Shown: piece after piece, positions 22,723 to 37,479 of the stretch
Numbering within the stretch: the stretch's first letter is position 1
Layout of the letters: each line of letters opens with the position of its first letter
Source: Octopus sinensis
Lineage: Eukaryota
Assembly (NCBI RefSeq): GCF_006345805.1
Contig: NW_021836142.1
Span: 196,611 to 260,610, forward strand
Length of the DNA stretch: 64,000 bases
Reading direction: 5' to 3'
The notes under the pieces: generated by a model
What the model was told of the DNA's origin: nothing
The model's input: the letters and a program-made list of their open reading frames with translations, nothing else
The model's database searches: none
Position numbers and translations under genes: made by a program

Positions 22723-24326
22723 TACAAAATATATTGTATACTAATATATACTTATATATGCCAATATATAAATTTGTGTATAAATTTTATATATATGTAT
22801 ATAAATAAATACACATACGTACATATTTATAGATATATGTATACATGCAAGGACACAGTCATTAACGCACGCATACACAGATATATGCTTACACACACAC
22901 TCATGTGCATGCACACACACACACACTCTTGTGTATGCACACACACACTCTTGTGTATGCACGCACACACTCTTGTGTATGCACACACACACACACACAC
23001 CAATTAGATAAACAATGCAGATCAGACTGAGCTGGCAGGAGACATGGATCTGAAACAAAGTGTATCATTTGAAACAACAAAAGAAGTTATTGATATTTTT
23101 GTGAAGTGCCTTCTGGAAAAATTATTTTTTCTTTTAAAAGTATTTCTCTGGTTATAAAAATTACAGATAACAGATGAATAACTCCAGAAAAGCTTTAAAT
23201 GTGTAACAACACTTATTAAAAACTTTAGGTTTTTGAGTTATTTCAACCAGAGAAAACAAATGAATTGTCAGTAAAATGGGAATATGGAGAAAGAATGATA
23301 AAATAAAGGGAAAAAAATGTAGAACTGATGAAAGAAAAATATGAAAGTATAGCAAAAGAGAAAAAGCAAACTATACAGTTAAGTAATACATAGAGGATTA
23401 TTCTTGGGACCCATTACTTACATCTAGGCAAACGCTGTTTTGGGTTTGTGGTAGAATTGTACATCATAGAATACTAAAGTTCCTCTCTTGTCTTTGATTT
23501 TACTGTGAAATGTAACTATAGCATGCAAGAGTTCTTGAGGAACAATCTATTCCAATAGGTGTAGATTTTACATTTTCTGCTAATATTCATTTACAGTTTA
23601 CAATTTTCCAAATTTTCTAGCCAATATAATGTATTTCCATCATGGGAGTCACAAACTAATAAACCTTTCAAACTATATATTCTTACTCAAAGAAAAAGCA
23701 GAGACAAGAGATTTGAAATATTTACACCGTGTATGCAAGAAAAGAAATATTTCCTTCAATACTGGACACATGTATTCTAAATCAAGCACAAATTTTGTCC
23801 ACATTTGTGATGTGAGTTTTGATAAAGCAGTTGACTAAAATTTACCTATATTTTAAAGATTTATTTTTCTTGTGTCTTTTTCTCTATTCCAAATACATTT
23901 ATGGGCAATAAAGTGGTTTCTTATATTAAAAAAATTTCCAAAGGACAACTAATTTTTCCAGGAGGTTCATGAGAATCAAAGAACTTCTTTTGTTATCAGA
24001 GATGATCTTATTTGATTCAGAAATATGTGATGTTCTTCCAATCAAATGGATAAAAGAAGTTTCCTAGTAATGTTCAAATTCACGGAAGAAATGCAATTGT
24101 GTGTGTGTGTATTCACACAGCACGAAGTTTTGTCACTGAACAGGTCATGGTCTCAAAGCAACAAAAATATTTTGACAAATTAAGTTTAAATGTTGAAGTG
24201 AATCTAACGGTTTTTGTGTGTTTCTTAAATGGCTTATAAACACCTTCCATGCTGCAATTGTTTTCGTTCCAGCACACAATCTCAGATCAGGTCACTTGCT
24301 ATGCAAGTACATCTCCGTAATATATA

Positions 24327-24413
<87 letters not shown>

Positions 24414-24739
24414 CTTTTACGTGTTTCAGCCATATAGCTGCAGTCATACTGGAGTACTACTGTGACTTTGTACCCTTTCCAAAGTTCTCTTATTTGTGGT
24501 TGATCTCTTCTGTGCGGTGGGATTTCATATTGCTACACTTGCATGTAATATTTTTTCCTGCTTGTTGGCTCATTTGATGTATGAAGGAGTTTGACACTAC
24601 TACCCTCGTCTGTAAGTCCTTTTGGGGCATTGTTCATGGATAAGAGAATGACATTTCTTTGTGAAGACATCCACACTGACATTGCATAGGTTACTTAATT
24701 CTTTTGGCAGAGCATTGAAGAGATGTGAGCCTTATTGTA

Positions 24740-24899
24740 GTACCTGACCCTCCCATTAGTTTGAAGTACCCTTAGTGTTCCAAAATGGTGCCTGGTAAGG
24801 TGATTTGTATAACTTTTGATGTTGAAATTAGTTACAACTCTTCCAGAATTTTCTACTGGTAAACCATTACATATTAACCGTGTCTCACTCCAGTGAAAA

Positions 24900-24934
<35 letters not shown>

Positions 24935-25275
24935 ACCCCCTTTGGTCATGAATGATCATGAGATTGCACCTAGAAAGTTCCCCTCCAAAGCACAAGTCTG
25001 GGCAAGATCGTTTATGGAAGACCAGCAGTTGTCCACACATACCAGCCTCCCCTCTCCATGTCACCAATATTGTCCAAGAGAAAGGCAAAGGCCAATACAG
25101 CTTGGCACCAGTTGCAACTCGTTTCTACATTTCTCCAGCTGAGTGAACTGGAACAACATGAAATAAAGAAAGTGTCTTGCTCAAGAACACAACACAAAGC
25201 CTGGTCTGTAAATTGAACTCACTACCTCATGATTGTGAGCCCAATGCTTTAACCACTCAGTCATGCACCTTTACG
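24740..25275 (-). mobile_element. SINE family D
   Basis: Reverse complement of the 11663-11960 type, with a (TA)n in the tail. Confidence 0.7.
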
Positions 25276-25848
25276 TAAAAAGTGTGGGATGCTTGTAGCA
25301 CATAGGTGTCCAAAGCAGTCACCCATCAAAGTACTTAACTAGGCTCAATGTTGCTTAATTTCAGTGATCGGATGAGAACTAGTACATTTAGTATATATAT
25401 ATATATATATATATATCCTTAAAATCCTTTAAAACTTTTGCAGCCCAAAGGCTGCAGCCATGCTGGGTCACCACCGTTGAATGACCTACACTAGTATGTG
25501 AAACCACCTCTGATACGTGGCACTTGATCAACAAGGGAGTTCAATGCCGCTGCCCGCATCTGTGTTTCCTGCCAAAGTTATATATAAACACACACAAACA
25601 CGTGTGTGTATGCATATATACTCACACAACATGTATGTTATTGTTTACATTCTTAGACTTTGCTTGCATGGGTCACTCAGAAAAGTGATATTCTTTATCA
25701 CTGAGACAAGCAGAAGAATAATGGCAAGGAATTTAAAGTCAATGAATTTGAAATGCCCCAAAATTAAGCAGATTCTTGTCTCTATAGGCCATGAGTTGAT
25801 ATCCTTTTTTATTTGTTCTTTACCACATTTCACTCTGATTTTCACTAA

Positions 25849-25887
<39 letters not shown>

Positions 25888-26517
25888 TGTGTGAGTATGT
25901 TTGTTTTATGTATGTATATGTCCCTACATTACACATGTATACACAAGTGTTTATGTATATGTATCCTCTGACTGTCTGTCTCTCACTCATATATACATAC
26001 ATTTATATATACATATATATATATATACATACATACATTTATATACATATATATATAATTCTTTTTTTTCCATAATGAGATAAAAAACCAAGGCTGTTAC
26101 CTCTCATAACCTATGTATAAATATATATCCTGGGTGACTTCTAATTAAATTATACACATTTGTTTTGTGTGTGAACCCTTAAACACGAGAAACACATTTC
26201 TGCATAAAGAATCTCATGACCTGAACCTAATACTCCTACATTAGACACATTTGTGTACAAATTTATTTCCATACTTGACTGAATTCTAACTAATAACTCC
26301 CACTTCAAACCAGGCAAAATCTTACATCAATAACTTTCTGTCAACCCACACTCCACAAACACATTTTATACCTACCCTATTCTGTTCCCCTTACCTAAAC
26401 AACTAATTCCAGACCAATATACCAGCCCAATTATCATTTCACATAACTCCACCTACCCCCAAAAAACAACTTGTCATAGACTACATAAAACCAAAAATAA
26501 CCCAAGTGTAGTACAAT

Positions 26518-26556
26518 CTGACGAAGGATAGCAGTCTGAAACTTTGAAGTTACAGA
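26518..26556 (+). ncRNA. Degenerate hammerhead motif (possible PLE pLTR remnant)
   Basis: CTGACGA-A-GGA/TAGCAG/TCT-GAA-ACTTTGAAGT-T. Core and near-palindromic helix III are present but stem I does not pair. AATAAA follows downstream. Confidence 0.45.
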
Positions 26557-26659
26557 CGCTTCTCTTCTTGAAATATTTAATAAACATACTTAACTAAAAA
26601 GTATAAATTCTTGCATTTAATGTTAACTTTATTCATAACTTGACATGAAAGCAGACATC

Positions 26660-26708
26660 AACACATTTATGTATATAAGTATGTATATATGTATATATAT
26701 ATACACAC

Positions 26709-26753
<45 letters not shown>

Positions 26754-26827
26754 AACATAGATATATATATATATACACAAACATACATACATATATATAT
26801 ATATATACACAAACATACATACATATA

Positions 26828-26876
<49 letters not shown>

Positions 26877-26905
26877 ATACATACACTCACACACACACAT
26901 ATATG
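26660..26905. repeat. Compound microsatellite array with repeated ACACAAACATA units
   Basis: ACACAAACATA(C/G)ATA...(TA)n repeated 4 times. Confidence 0.85.
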
Positions 26906-27608
26906 AATATTATTACATAAATATATTAACACAGAAGATATGTGCAAAACTAAATTTACATTTGTAAATAAATATATGCAAAAATATATAAATTTTTATG
27001 TATGCATAAATACATATGTGTATGTATACTGATTTGTATACATAAATACATATGTTCATATGTATGCTAAAAAAAATATATATATATATATCATTAGTAT
27101 TTAATGTCCTCTCTTCCATGGCCAGACATGTTTTTCATGGGAGACCGGAAACAAACATCACCTACATGATAGTGATGCTTGTTTACAATCACCATGTTAT
27201 ATTAAGACAAGGGTACACACACACATACATATATACAAATATGTGCATGTGTGTGCACTTACAATGGGCTTCTTTCAGTTTCCATCTATGAAACTTCACT
27301 CACAAGGTTTTGGTTGGGCTAGGGTTACATTTGAAGACACAGCATCTTGAGTAATTGTCTTTTACAATAGCTCAAAGAGAACTCAAACCTTCTAAGTGGA
27401 TTTGGTATATATATATATATATATATATGTTTGTCCCCTCTATGTTTTGCCCCTTGTGGGCAGTAAAGAAATATATATTTATATATATATATATATATAT
27501 ATATACATACAAAAATGAATGTGAATATACAAATGTGAATACATAAATATAAATACATACACAAATGTATATAGAAACATGTATGTGTATATATAAATAT
27601 ATACATAT

Positions 27609-27893
27609 ATATTCTGTTGTGTCTGGGGAGAGTAATTTTCTTTTTGTGCCTTATGATGTAACGCAATCACCGGTAAAATTTCTACTTATTTCTTATTTTT
27701 ATTTTCCTAAAATTTTCGTTGCGTCTTGAAACCTTTTCGATAGTCTTCAATAGTTTTTAGAGAGTCAAGACTATTGAAAAGATTGCAAGACGCAACGAAA
27801 ATTTTTAGAAAAATAAATAAGTAGAAATTTTACCAGTGTGTTACATTATAAGGCGCAAAAAGAAAATGACTCTCCCCAGACACAACAGAATAT
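27609..27893. repeat. Palindromic (foldback) repeat with ~130-bp arms
   Basis: ATATTCTGTTGTGTCTGGGGAGAG... / ...CTCTCCCCAGACACAACAGAATAT. Confidence 0.85.
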
Positions 27894-28532
27894 GTTTCAA
27901 CACACGAACTCATATAAAGAATCTTACAAACCAAATCCAAAAACGAAATGCATATATATTATATAATTTTGTGAGGGCGCATGGCTTAGTGGTTTCAGTT
28001 CCTAGACCGGGTGGTGCATTGTATTCTTGAGCAAAACACTTTATCTCAAGTTGTTCTGCAGTCACTTTGACACCTGGCGCATGTTACACAGAGCACCTGT
28101 TCAAATGATGTCAGTTTGATGGAGAGAGTGATCTGATACACAGGTACAAATATTTGATCGCTATAAACAAATCATTTGTGTAGGTCATTTGGTAAAAGGT
28201 GAATGCTTATATGTTGTCTTTGATGGGAGAGTCCGTTATTATATATTTTATTAATGATTTGTAACAGTTAGAGAATGACTTAAGGACCCAGAGTTTTGTT
28301 CCATGTGCACTTATCAAGACCCAGTGCATGAAGTTATAGTTACAACTTAACTTCAAGCAATTATTAATAAAAACAATATATACTCATGTTCTGAGATCTC
28401 CTTTGCTGGTTGCCTCACCAAACTAATATATGTATATGTGTGTGCACACATATATACATGCATACATATATATATATATATACACACACACACATTTGAA
28501 TTTATATATATATAATATACACAACCCATTGA

Positions 28533-28579
<47 letters not shown>

Positions 28580-28639
28580 ATATTGTTATATTTTGGAATG
28601 GTCATTTTGCAGTTTAGCCAATAAATATATAAATGTACT

Positions 28640-28932
28640 ATATACACATATATATGTATATATGTATGTATGTATGTATATATGTATGTATGTATGTATG
28701 TATATAGGTATGTATGTATGTATATATGTATATATGTATGTATGTATATAGGTATGTATGTATATATATATATATGTATGTATGTATATGTATGAATATA
28801 TATATATGTATGTATATGTATATATATATATGTATATATATGTATGTATGTGTATGTATGTATGTGTATGTATATATATGTATGTATATATATGTATATA
28901 TATGTATGTATGTGTATGTATGTATGTGTATG

Positions 28933-29003
<71 letters not shown>

Positions 29004-29018
29004 GTATATGTATGTATG

Positions 29019-29052
<34 letters not shown>

Positions 29053-29094
29053 TCTATGTATGTATATATATATGTATGTATATGTATGTATATG

Positions 29095-29137
<43 letters not shown>
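28640..29137. repeat. ~500-bp complex (TA)/(TATG) microsatellite
   Basis: Almost pure TATG/TA/TGTA units; the ORFs here are artefacts. Confidence 0.95.
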
Positions 29138-29140
<3 letters not shown>

Positions 29141-29553
29141 GATGTGAAGCCTACTGGTTAGGGTTTTGCACTCAAGATTGTTAAATTGTGGGTTTGATTA
29201 CCGGACTGGGTGTCACATTGTGTTCTTGAGCAAAACACTCCATTTCCTTTTGCTCCATTCCACTCAGCTGTAAATCGGCATAATTCTTAAGCTAAATTGA
29301 TGCAAAGCACATTATCGCCAGTGATGTATAACAACAACTGATAGTGTATACCAGAATATATGCATAGTTCGACTAAAAATAAATTCAAGGCAGTGCCCCA
29401 TCATGGTTGCAGTCTAATGACTGAAGTGAGTAAAAGATAAAAGTTATATATATATATAAATTATAATTATTACCTTTGAAGGTTTTTATTCCCATGCAGG
29501 CCACTTGATAAGATCGATAATTAAATTAACGGTCTTTTCTTATTTATATAAAT

Positions 29554-29600
<47 letters not shown>

Positions 29601-29654
29601 TATATATATAATATATATATATATATTTATATATGTATGTACGCATTGTATATT

Positions 29655-30215
29655 ATTTTATTCTTTTACTTGTTTCAGTCATCTGACTGTGGCCATTCTG
29701 AAGCACCACTTTAAAGGGTATTAGTGGAAAAAAGTAACTGACCCCCAGGACTTATTCTTTGTAAGCCTAGTACTTATTCTATCAGTCTCTTTTCCTGAAC
29801 CATTAATTTACAAGGACATAAACACACTAGCATTGGTTGTCAAGTGATGGCTGGGGAGGAGGGAGGCAAACACAGACACACACACTGCACTCACGGAGTG
29901 GTTGGCGTTAGGAAGGGCATCCAGCCGTAGAAACTTTGCCAGATCAGACTGGGCCTGGTGCAGCCTTCTGACTTCCCAGACCCCAGTTGAACTGTCCAAC
30001 CCATGCTAGCATGGAAAGCGGACGCTAAATGATGATGATGATGATATATATACACAACAGACTTCTTCCAGTTTCCATCTACCAAATCCACTCGCAAGGC
30101 TTTGGTTGGCCTGAGGTTATAATAGAAGACAATTTCCCAAGGTGCCATGCAGAGGGATTGAACTCAGAACCATGTGGTTAGGAAGTGGTTAGGAAGTAAG
30201 CTTCTTACCACACAG
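29655..30215 (-). mobile_element. SINE family A with an oppositely oriented RTE-tail repeat (29885-30045) inserted in its microsatellite
   Basis: The two SINE halves flank GTGGTTGGCGTTAGGAAGGGCATCC...(GAT)n. Confidence 0.8.
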
Positions 30216-30299
30216 TCACTAGTTTAAACTCAAGAGTTGTGGCCATGCTAGGCTACTGCCATTAGTTCTGCTACACTTTCATAACTTGAAACCTCCTCT

Positions 30300-31250
30300 G
30301 ATAATTGGTAATCTGCATTTCCTGTCACAAGGTAGGTTCATCTGGAACTCTTGACAGGAGGAAATCTAGTTTTGTTCTGAAAACACCAACATCCATCATG
30401 CATGTCTCTCAAGCTTTTCAGGAGAATATAAAGAATTGTGGGCCCTTGAAGCACCAACTTTCGCAGTGTCTGGTCCTGTACATTAATGACAATGTTGGGA
30501 TCTTTGGCACCCAATTCTGGTGTTTGTGTAAATTTCAGTGTAAAAGTCCTTCCAGGCTTTTCCATATGTATATCAATGCATATCTTTGACATCTTCATGG
30601 TAGGGAGTAGAGTCGACTTTTTCAGCCTTTCCCAGTAGCTAACCTGTTGCAGTGAAACAATCTTCTTTGTGTAGCTTCACTGGATTGCTTTGAGTTCCAC
30701 CATTAACTTTACACTGTGTGGGGACCATAGTTGGAAGCAGTAGTTTGACTGAACACAACTGTCCTTCAGAGGACCATCATGGTTTCTGTTCTCTTACCCT
30801 GAAAGTTCTAAGGATCCATCCGGCCAGCCACCAGCATTTTATTGGCAACTTTGTAATATGCACCTGGAAAGAGAGATAATTTCTCATATCAATGCCCAGG
30901 TTACACACTGATTTTAATTCAAAGATTGAAACCCCTTCCATGGCAATATATCCTATCTGAATTTCATTGAGCTTGATGTGCTGTTAGTAAAGGGCTTGGA
31001 ATTTTCCGTTATTAAACTGCATGTTATTGTTCTAAGCTCACCTATATACTGCTCTGAAATCCTGTGGCAGGTGCATAACATCTCCATGGTTTTTGTATTT
31101 TCTTACAGACTTTTGTATCATCTGCATAGCTAGCAAGGATGGCTATCGAGAGTATATCTGAGAAGGCCACCATGTGGCATTCCTGTGGAATACCACTCAC
31201 TGTTTTGTCTCAAAACATCTGATGCTTTGGATGGGTCTTACATGCCCTCA
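30300..31250 (-). mobile_element. Decayed CR1/L2-like LINE reverse transcriptase
   Basis: Minus-strand ASYADDTKV (YADD at 31117-31128), NNMQFN.GKFQ, GWILRTF, SYWERLK; many stops and frameshifts. Confidence 0.8.
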
Positions 31251-31581
31251 AGTCAAAGCATTATGAAATATATATATATGCAGGTGTGACCTTGTGGTTA
31301 GAAAGCTTGCTTTCCAACCACTTGGTTTCAAGTTCAGTCCCAATGTGTGAATCTTTAAACAAGTCTTTCTTTTGTTCTGTAGTCTCAGACAGACCAAAAT
31401 CCTGTGGGTGGATGTGATGAATAGGAACTGGAAGCAGCCTTATATATATATAGATACAAACATATACATACATACACACACATATATATACATATATTTA
31501 TATATATATACGGACATACATATATATACATACATATATATAAATACATACATATATATAAATACATACATACATATACAC

Positions 31582-31613
<32 letters not shown>

Positions 31614-31849
31614 ACGCACATATATTAACACATATATATATATATAATATATATATATATATATACACACACACATATATACGTATATATATTAACATAT
31701 ATATATGTATACATGTATGTACAGATTATATATTATTTTATTCTTTTACTTGTTTCAGTCATCTGACTGTGGCCATGGTGGAGCACCACTTCAAAGGGTT
31801 TTAGTCGAAGAAATTAATTGACCCCAGGACTTATTCTTTGTATATATTA

Positions 31850-31925
<76 letters not shown>

Positions 31926-32266
31926 CATATACATACATATATATATGAAGAAAGTATAATGGTTTTTTTAATACTTTCTGGATTAGCTGGAAGCTCTATT
32001 TAGAAGTTAGAAGCTTTCTTATATTCTTTATCTTTTTCTACCTCTGTACTACAATGCTTCAGCTACACATGTACATCTTTACACAGACACACAAACATAT
32101 ATATTTACATAAGAAATAGATGTAGGTATGACTGTGTGATAGGAAGTTTACTTGCCAGCTAGATTTTTCTGTGTTTTGTTCCACTGTGTCCATGTCTTCT
32201 CCTGTAGCCCCAGGCTGATCAAAACCTTGCAAGTGAAGTTGTTAAGCAGAATCTTACAGAAGCCTG

Positions 32267-32311
<45 letters not shown>

Positions 32312-32510
32312 CATGTATGTGTGCATATGAATCTTCTTGTAAATGATTGCCAGTCATCAAAGCAGTTTCAGTCATTCCAATCTTCTGTGAGTACATGTCT
32401 AGACATCGAGATATATTACTCTGCTTGGAACTAGGTGAGAGTTGGTGACAGGAAAGGCATTCAGCTGTAGGAAATCTAGCTCAATAAACTGTGGCTGTAT
32501 ATATATATAT

Positions 32511-32685
32511 ATATAAAATACAGTGTACATTTAAACACATTAAGAGGTTTCTATCATAGGAATCCTTTATGCTAGAAAGAACAGCTAAAGCCCAAACCAC
32601 TAATTAGGGATAAATTTTTTCTAGCATAAGGGATTCCAATGATGGAAACCTCTTAATGTGTTTAAATATACACTGTATTTTATAT
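32511..32685. mobile_element. Hairpin MITE with ~65-bp TIRs in TA context
   Basis: AAAATACAGTGTACATTTAAACACATTAAGAGGTTTC... / ...GAAACCTCTTAATGTGTTTAAATATACACTGTATTTT. Confidence 0.75.
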
Positions 32686-32848
32686 GAATAATATATAGTC
32701 TATTGACTAATTTTTCTATACACTAGGCAACTGGTGGTAAAAATTTTTTAAATCTTTATTACCCTGATATTATTAATTATATATATATATATATCATCAT
32801 CATCATCTTCATCACTGTCGTTTAATGTCTGCCTTCCATATTAGCATG

Positions 32849-32882
<34 letters not shown>

Positions 32883-32892
32883 AATACATATC

Positions 32893-33270
32893 TCTTTTAT
32901 CTGTTTAAGTCATTAGACTGTGGCCATGCTGGGGCACTGCCTTGAAGAACTCTTTAGTTGAATGAATTGGTCCCAGCACTAATATATTTTTTTAAAGCCT
33001 TGTACATATTGTACATCTCTCTCTTTGCTGAACAACTCAGTTATGGGGATGTAAACAAACCAATACCAGTTGTCAAGCAATGGTGGGAGACAAACATATA
33101 TATACGATTGGTTTCTTTCAGTTTCTGTCAACCAATCCTACTCACAAGACTTTGGTCAGCCCGAGGCTATAGTACAAGACTCTTGCTCAAGGTGCCACAG
33201 TGTGGGACTGAACTGGGAACTGTGTAGATGGGAAGCAAGTTTCTCACTACACAACCACGCCTGCACCTAG
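32893..33270 (-). mobile_element. SINE family A (diverged)
   Basis: Match along the full length. Confidence 0.8.
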
Positions 33271-33329
<59 letters not shown>

Positions 33330-33526
33330 AAGAGAAAAAGAGAGAGGCAGAGAGATTGTTGTAGATATCTAGATAGTTATAGATATATACACATAAATAT
33401 ATGAATTACATGAACATAGAAAGGACTGCATCCATTACGTAAACTTTCCTCAGTTAAAATATTTCAAGGTATGAACTTGTTGATGGAAATATTTCTACAT
33501 ATGGTCAGAGCATTTAGTTGGCTATA

Positions 33527-33565
<39 letters not shown>

Positions 33566-33899
33566 CTATATAATTAGGGTTCAGCAAGGATTTGCTTCAC
33601 CACATACCGAAGTTTAGAAATAGCAGTCAAAAAATCTTAGCTATTTCTTCTACTTTAAAGGGAGTTCCCAGAAAAAACAAAACACTTGAAAACAAACCAC
33701 GCAGGCAAAAGGGGAAAAAATGACGAAAATCATTCTATAAAATGTACGTCCGTTACCCACGGACGTACATTTCAGAATTAAGTCAGTAATTTCACCCTTT
33801 GTTTATGATATATATATGTGTGTGTGTGAGTATATCTGCATATCCATTAATATGTATATAGATATCTGTGTGGATGCATATATATATGTATATATATTT

Positions 33900-34145
33900 T
33901 CTTTTTATTTGTTTCTGTCATTATAGTGTGGCCATGCTAAGGCATTGCCTTGTAGAATTTTTTTTTCAGATCAAACGAATAAACCCCAGTGCTTATTTTT
34001 TAAAGCCTGATATGTATTTTATCAGCCTTTTTTTTTTTTTGCCAAACTGCTAAGTTCAGAGAATTGAACACCCCAACTCTGGCTGTCATGCAGTGGTAGA
34101 GGCTAAACACAAACACAAAGATACACACACACACGTATATATATA

Positions 34146-34176
<31 letters not shown>

Positions 34177-34347
34177 AGTGTGTGTGCAACAGGCTTCTCT
34201 TCAATTTCTGTTCACCAGATTTATTCACAAGGTTTTGGTTGACCTGATGCTATAGTAGAAGACACCCAAGGTGCCATGCAGTGGGACTGAACCTGGAACC
34301 ATGTAGTTAGGAAGCAAACTTCTAACCATACAGCCACATCTGTACCT
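33900..34347 (-). mobile_element. SINE family A (diverged)
   Basis: Match along the full length. Confidence 0.75.
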
Positions 34348-34405
34348 ATATATATATGTGTGTGTGTATCTCTTTCTTTCTGCATATACATACGCATACA
34401 TGCAC

Positions 34406-34463
<58 letters not shown>

Positions 34464-35028
34464 TATATACACACATATGGATGTAGATGTGTTGTATGTG
34501 TGACTATGATTGTGTATACACAAATATAGATATTTACTTAAGTACTTTGATTTTTCTCTCAGTTCCTTCAACAAAATGATAGACTCCCTCCAGCGAAAGA
34601 ATCAATCATTAACGTAAAGTACACAAACGATCTTCGTGTGTTATTTATGCTTTGTTATATTTGTACCTCGAAACATATTCTTTCATTCGTACACATATAC
34701 ACTTCTATGCATATATACATATATATACGCACACGTGTGCAAATGAAAAAATTATGAATATATAAATAAAGGTAATTGTATATGAGTATAGAAATATACA
34801 TGCATATATAATTTATATGCTTTATTAAATAGAACTGAACCATATACACCCTACTATGTGTATTCTATATGGAGAATATCTGATTCTCATCTATGAGCTA
34901 TATATAATTTATATATATATATATATAATATATATCATCATCATTTAACGTTTGCCTTACATGCTAGCATGGGTATACATGTATGTATATATCATATATA
35001 TATATATACACTTACATATACGTGTGTA

Positions 35029-35059
<31 letters not shown>

Positions 35060-36120
35060 CACACACATTCATATAATGTATATATTTTTATGTTTCAGCC
35101 CTAAGGTTGTGGCCATGCTGGAGCACCGTCAGTGTAATCATCTTTTCAATCTTGTGATTGGCATTTGATGAAGGAGGGAATTTGACACTGCTGCCCTCTT
35201 TCAATGCTATATATATATATATATATATATATATAGGCACGTAAAAAGCACCCACTACAATCTCAGAGGGGTTAGCGTTAGGAAGGGCATCCAGCAGTAG
35301 AAACTCTGCCAGATCAGATTGGAGCCTGGTGCAGCCATCTGGTTTGCCAGTCCTCAGTCAAATCGTCCAACCCATGCTAGCATGGCAAGCAGACGTTAAA
35401 CGATGATGATGATAATGATATATATATAGTTAGCCAAATATATGTGGTTGTATATATGAATGTATATATCTTCCTTGTCACTAAAATCACAATTATCTCT
35501 TACACTTTTTGCTAGTCAGATTTTAAGCATGTGAACCAAACCTATATGCATTATTTTTAATTGGGTCTTTTCTCCCTTTTTTTTTGTAATCACCTCCTTA
35601 TTCCAATCTACCCTGGACTTTCTGCTAGCTTCTGATTAAGGACTTCACACCTGTTACTCCACAACATATATTCCCCAGAAATCTGATTTTTATAAATAAC
35701 ATTCAGCTGGCATATTGGTCATTTAATTAGTTATTGCTTCAGGAAGCAAAGAGCTTTGCTTAGGTGGATAGGTTTGACAGCTTTCGGTGCTATTTGAGAG
35801 AAGCCTTCAGTGACCCCTTACATTCTTGTGTTTCTGTGTGTGTGTGAGCATACACATACAAACACACACACATTTACACAAGCATGAAAATGGTGACTGT
35901 CAAAAAGAACAGTGAAAACAATCAGACCTTAAATGGAGAGATTACTATATTATTTTACATTTTTCATTGTGTTACCCATACACATATGTGTGTGTGTATA
36001 TATCATGATCTATCTGTCTATCTATCTACATATATTTAGCTACATTTTCCTTTCTATCTCCTCTATCTTTATATATGTATCAACATTCCATTATATATAA
36101 TGATACACACATATATATAT

Positions 36121-36322
36121 TTTCTTTTACTTGTTTATCATTTGACTGTGACCATGCTGGAGTACTGCCTTTAGTCGAACAAATCGACCCCAGAACTTAT
36201 TCTTTGCAAGCCTAGTACTTATTCCATTGGTGTCTTTTGCTGAACTGCTAAGTTACAGAGACATAAACACACCAACATCTGTTGTCAAGTGATGGTGGGG
36301 GGACAAACACAGATACACAAAT

Positions 36323-36356
<34 letters not shown>

Positions 36357-36418
36357 TTGTTGTGCAAGATTTTTTATTGGTTAAACTGGTAATATGACCA
36401 TTCCGAAATATAACAATA

Positions 36419-36459
<41 letters not shown>

Positions 36460-36600
36460 GTCAGGCATCTTTCATTTTCCATCTACCAAATCCACTCACA
36501 AAGCTTTGGTCAACCCAAAGCTAAAGAAGTTACTTGCTCAAGGTGCCACACCATAAGACTGAACCCGGAACCATGTGGTTGGAAAGCAAGTTCCTTACCA
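36121..36600 (-). mobile_element. SINE family A with an expanded microsatellite
   Basis: Match along the full length. Confidence 0.8.
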
Positions 36601-36681
36601 TACATATATATGTATGTGTATATAATATATATATGTATGTGTATGTAATATATATATATGTCCTTGTGGAAGCTGTTGTGC

Positions 36682-36759
36682 GCGGCTGAAGAAGGCCAGA
36701 GACATACATTATGCATTGTTATAAATCTGTCTAATAAAGGCCCGAAACATATGTACCGC
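36682..36759 (+). ncRNA. Type-I hammerhead ribozyme
   Basis: Stem I GCGG/CCGC, core CTGAAGA (36686-36692), stem II GGCC/GGCC with an A.C first pair and an inner AGACA/TGTCT hairpin, GAAA at 36744-36747, palindromic helix III ACATATGT, GUA site with cleavage after 36755. Confidence 0.85.
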
Positions 36760-37445
36760 TGAATCCTTCGCATCATGTTTTTATATATATATATATATAT
36801 ATATCTTGGACTGCCCATGTTCAGTATACTGCAGGATGAAGGCCTCGGCATGTTATCTCCACCAACCACAGTCAGATGTGGTGGCCATAAATTTGAGCTT
36901 GAGATCATACTGGTTTGATGAGTTCACTGTGACAAACTGGCTTATTTATATATATATGTATGTATATATATATACACACATATATACATTATGCTAGAAT
37001 GGAAAACTGATGTTAAATGATGATGCACATAAATATATATCTTCGTGTATTCAGGGTACAGCATAACTCCTAATAGTCTCATGACTGACTAACCAATTTT
37101 GTTATACTTCAGAAAATGTAGAGCTAGCACATTTCATAAAGGATAATTTATATAGATATACAAATATATGAGGATACCTGACAAATTCACCAGGAATCTT
37201 CATGTCTGTAGTGTATGATTTGTTTAACATTAAAGACTGTCTGTACTTGAAATTTTCACAAACTATCAGAAAGTGATATTCTTCATACCACACACAAAAT
37301 TATATCATGCTCTACTTCTTTCATTTATACTAATTTATGCTATACATACACAAACACACATATATATATATATATATATATGATAATAATCATATACAGC
37401 ATGGCCACAGTCTAATGACTTAAACAGATAAAAGAGATATGTATT

Positions 37446-37479
<34 letters not shown>

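Noticed and set aside
22900-22995. Three ~22-24-bp repeats ACACACACACTCTTGTGTATGC, CRISPR-like at first glance
   Set aside because: Directly tandem with no unique spacers; microsatellite-derived.
28714-29161. Long Y/I/M/C/V-rich ORFs (also at 21.6, 26.6, 31.4, 38.0, 43.8 and 61.8 kb)
   Set aside because: These are translations of (TA)n/(TATG)n/(CA)n microsatellites, which lack stop codons.
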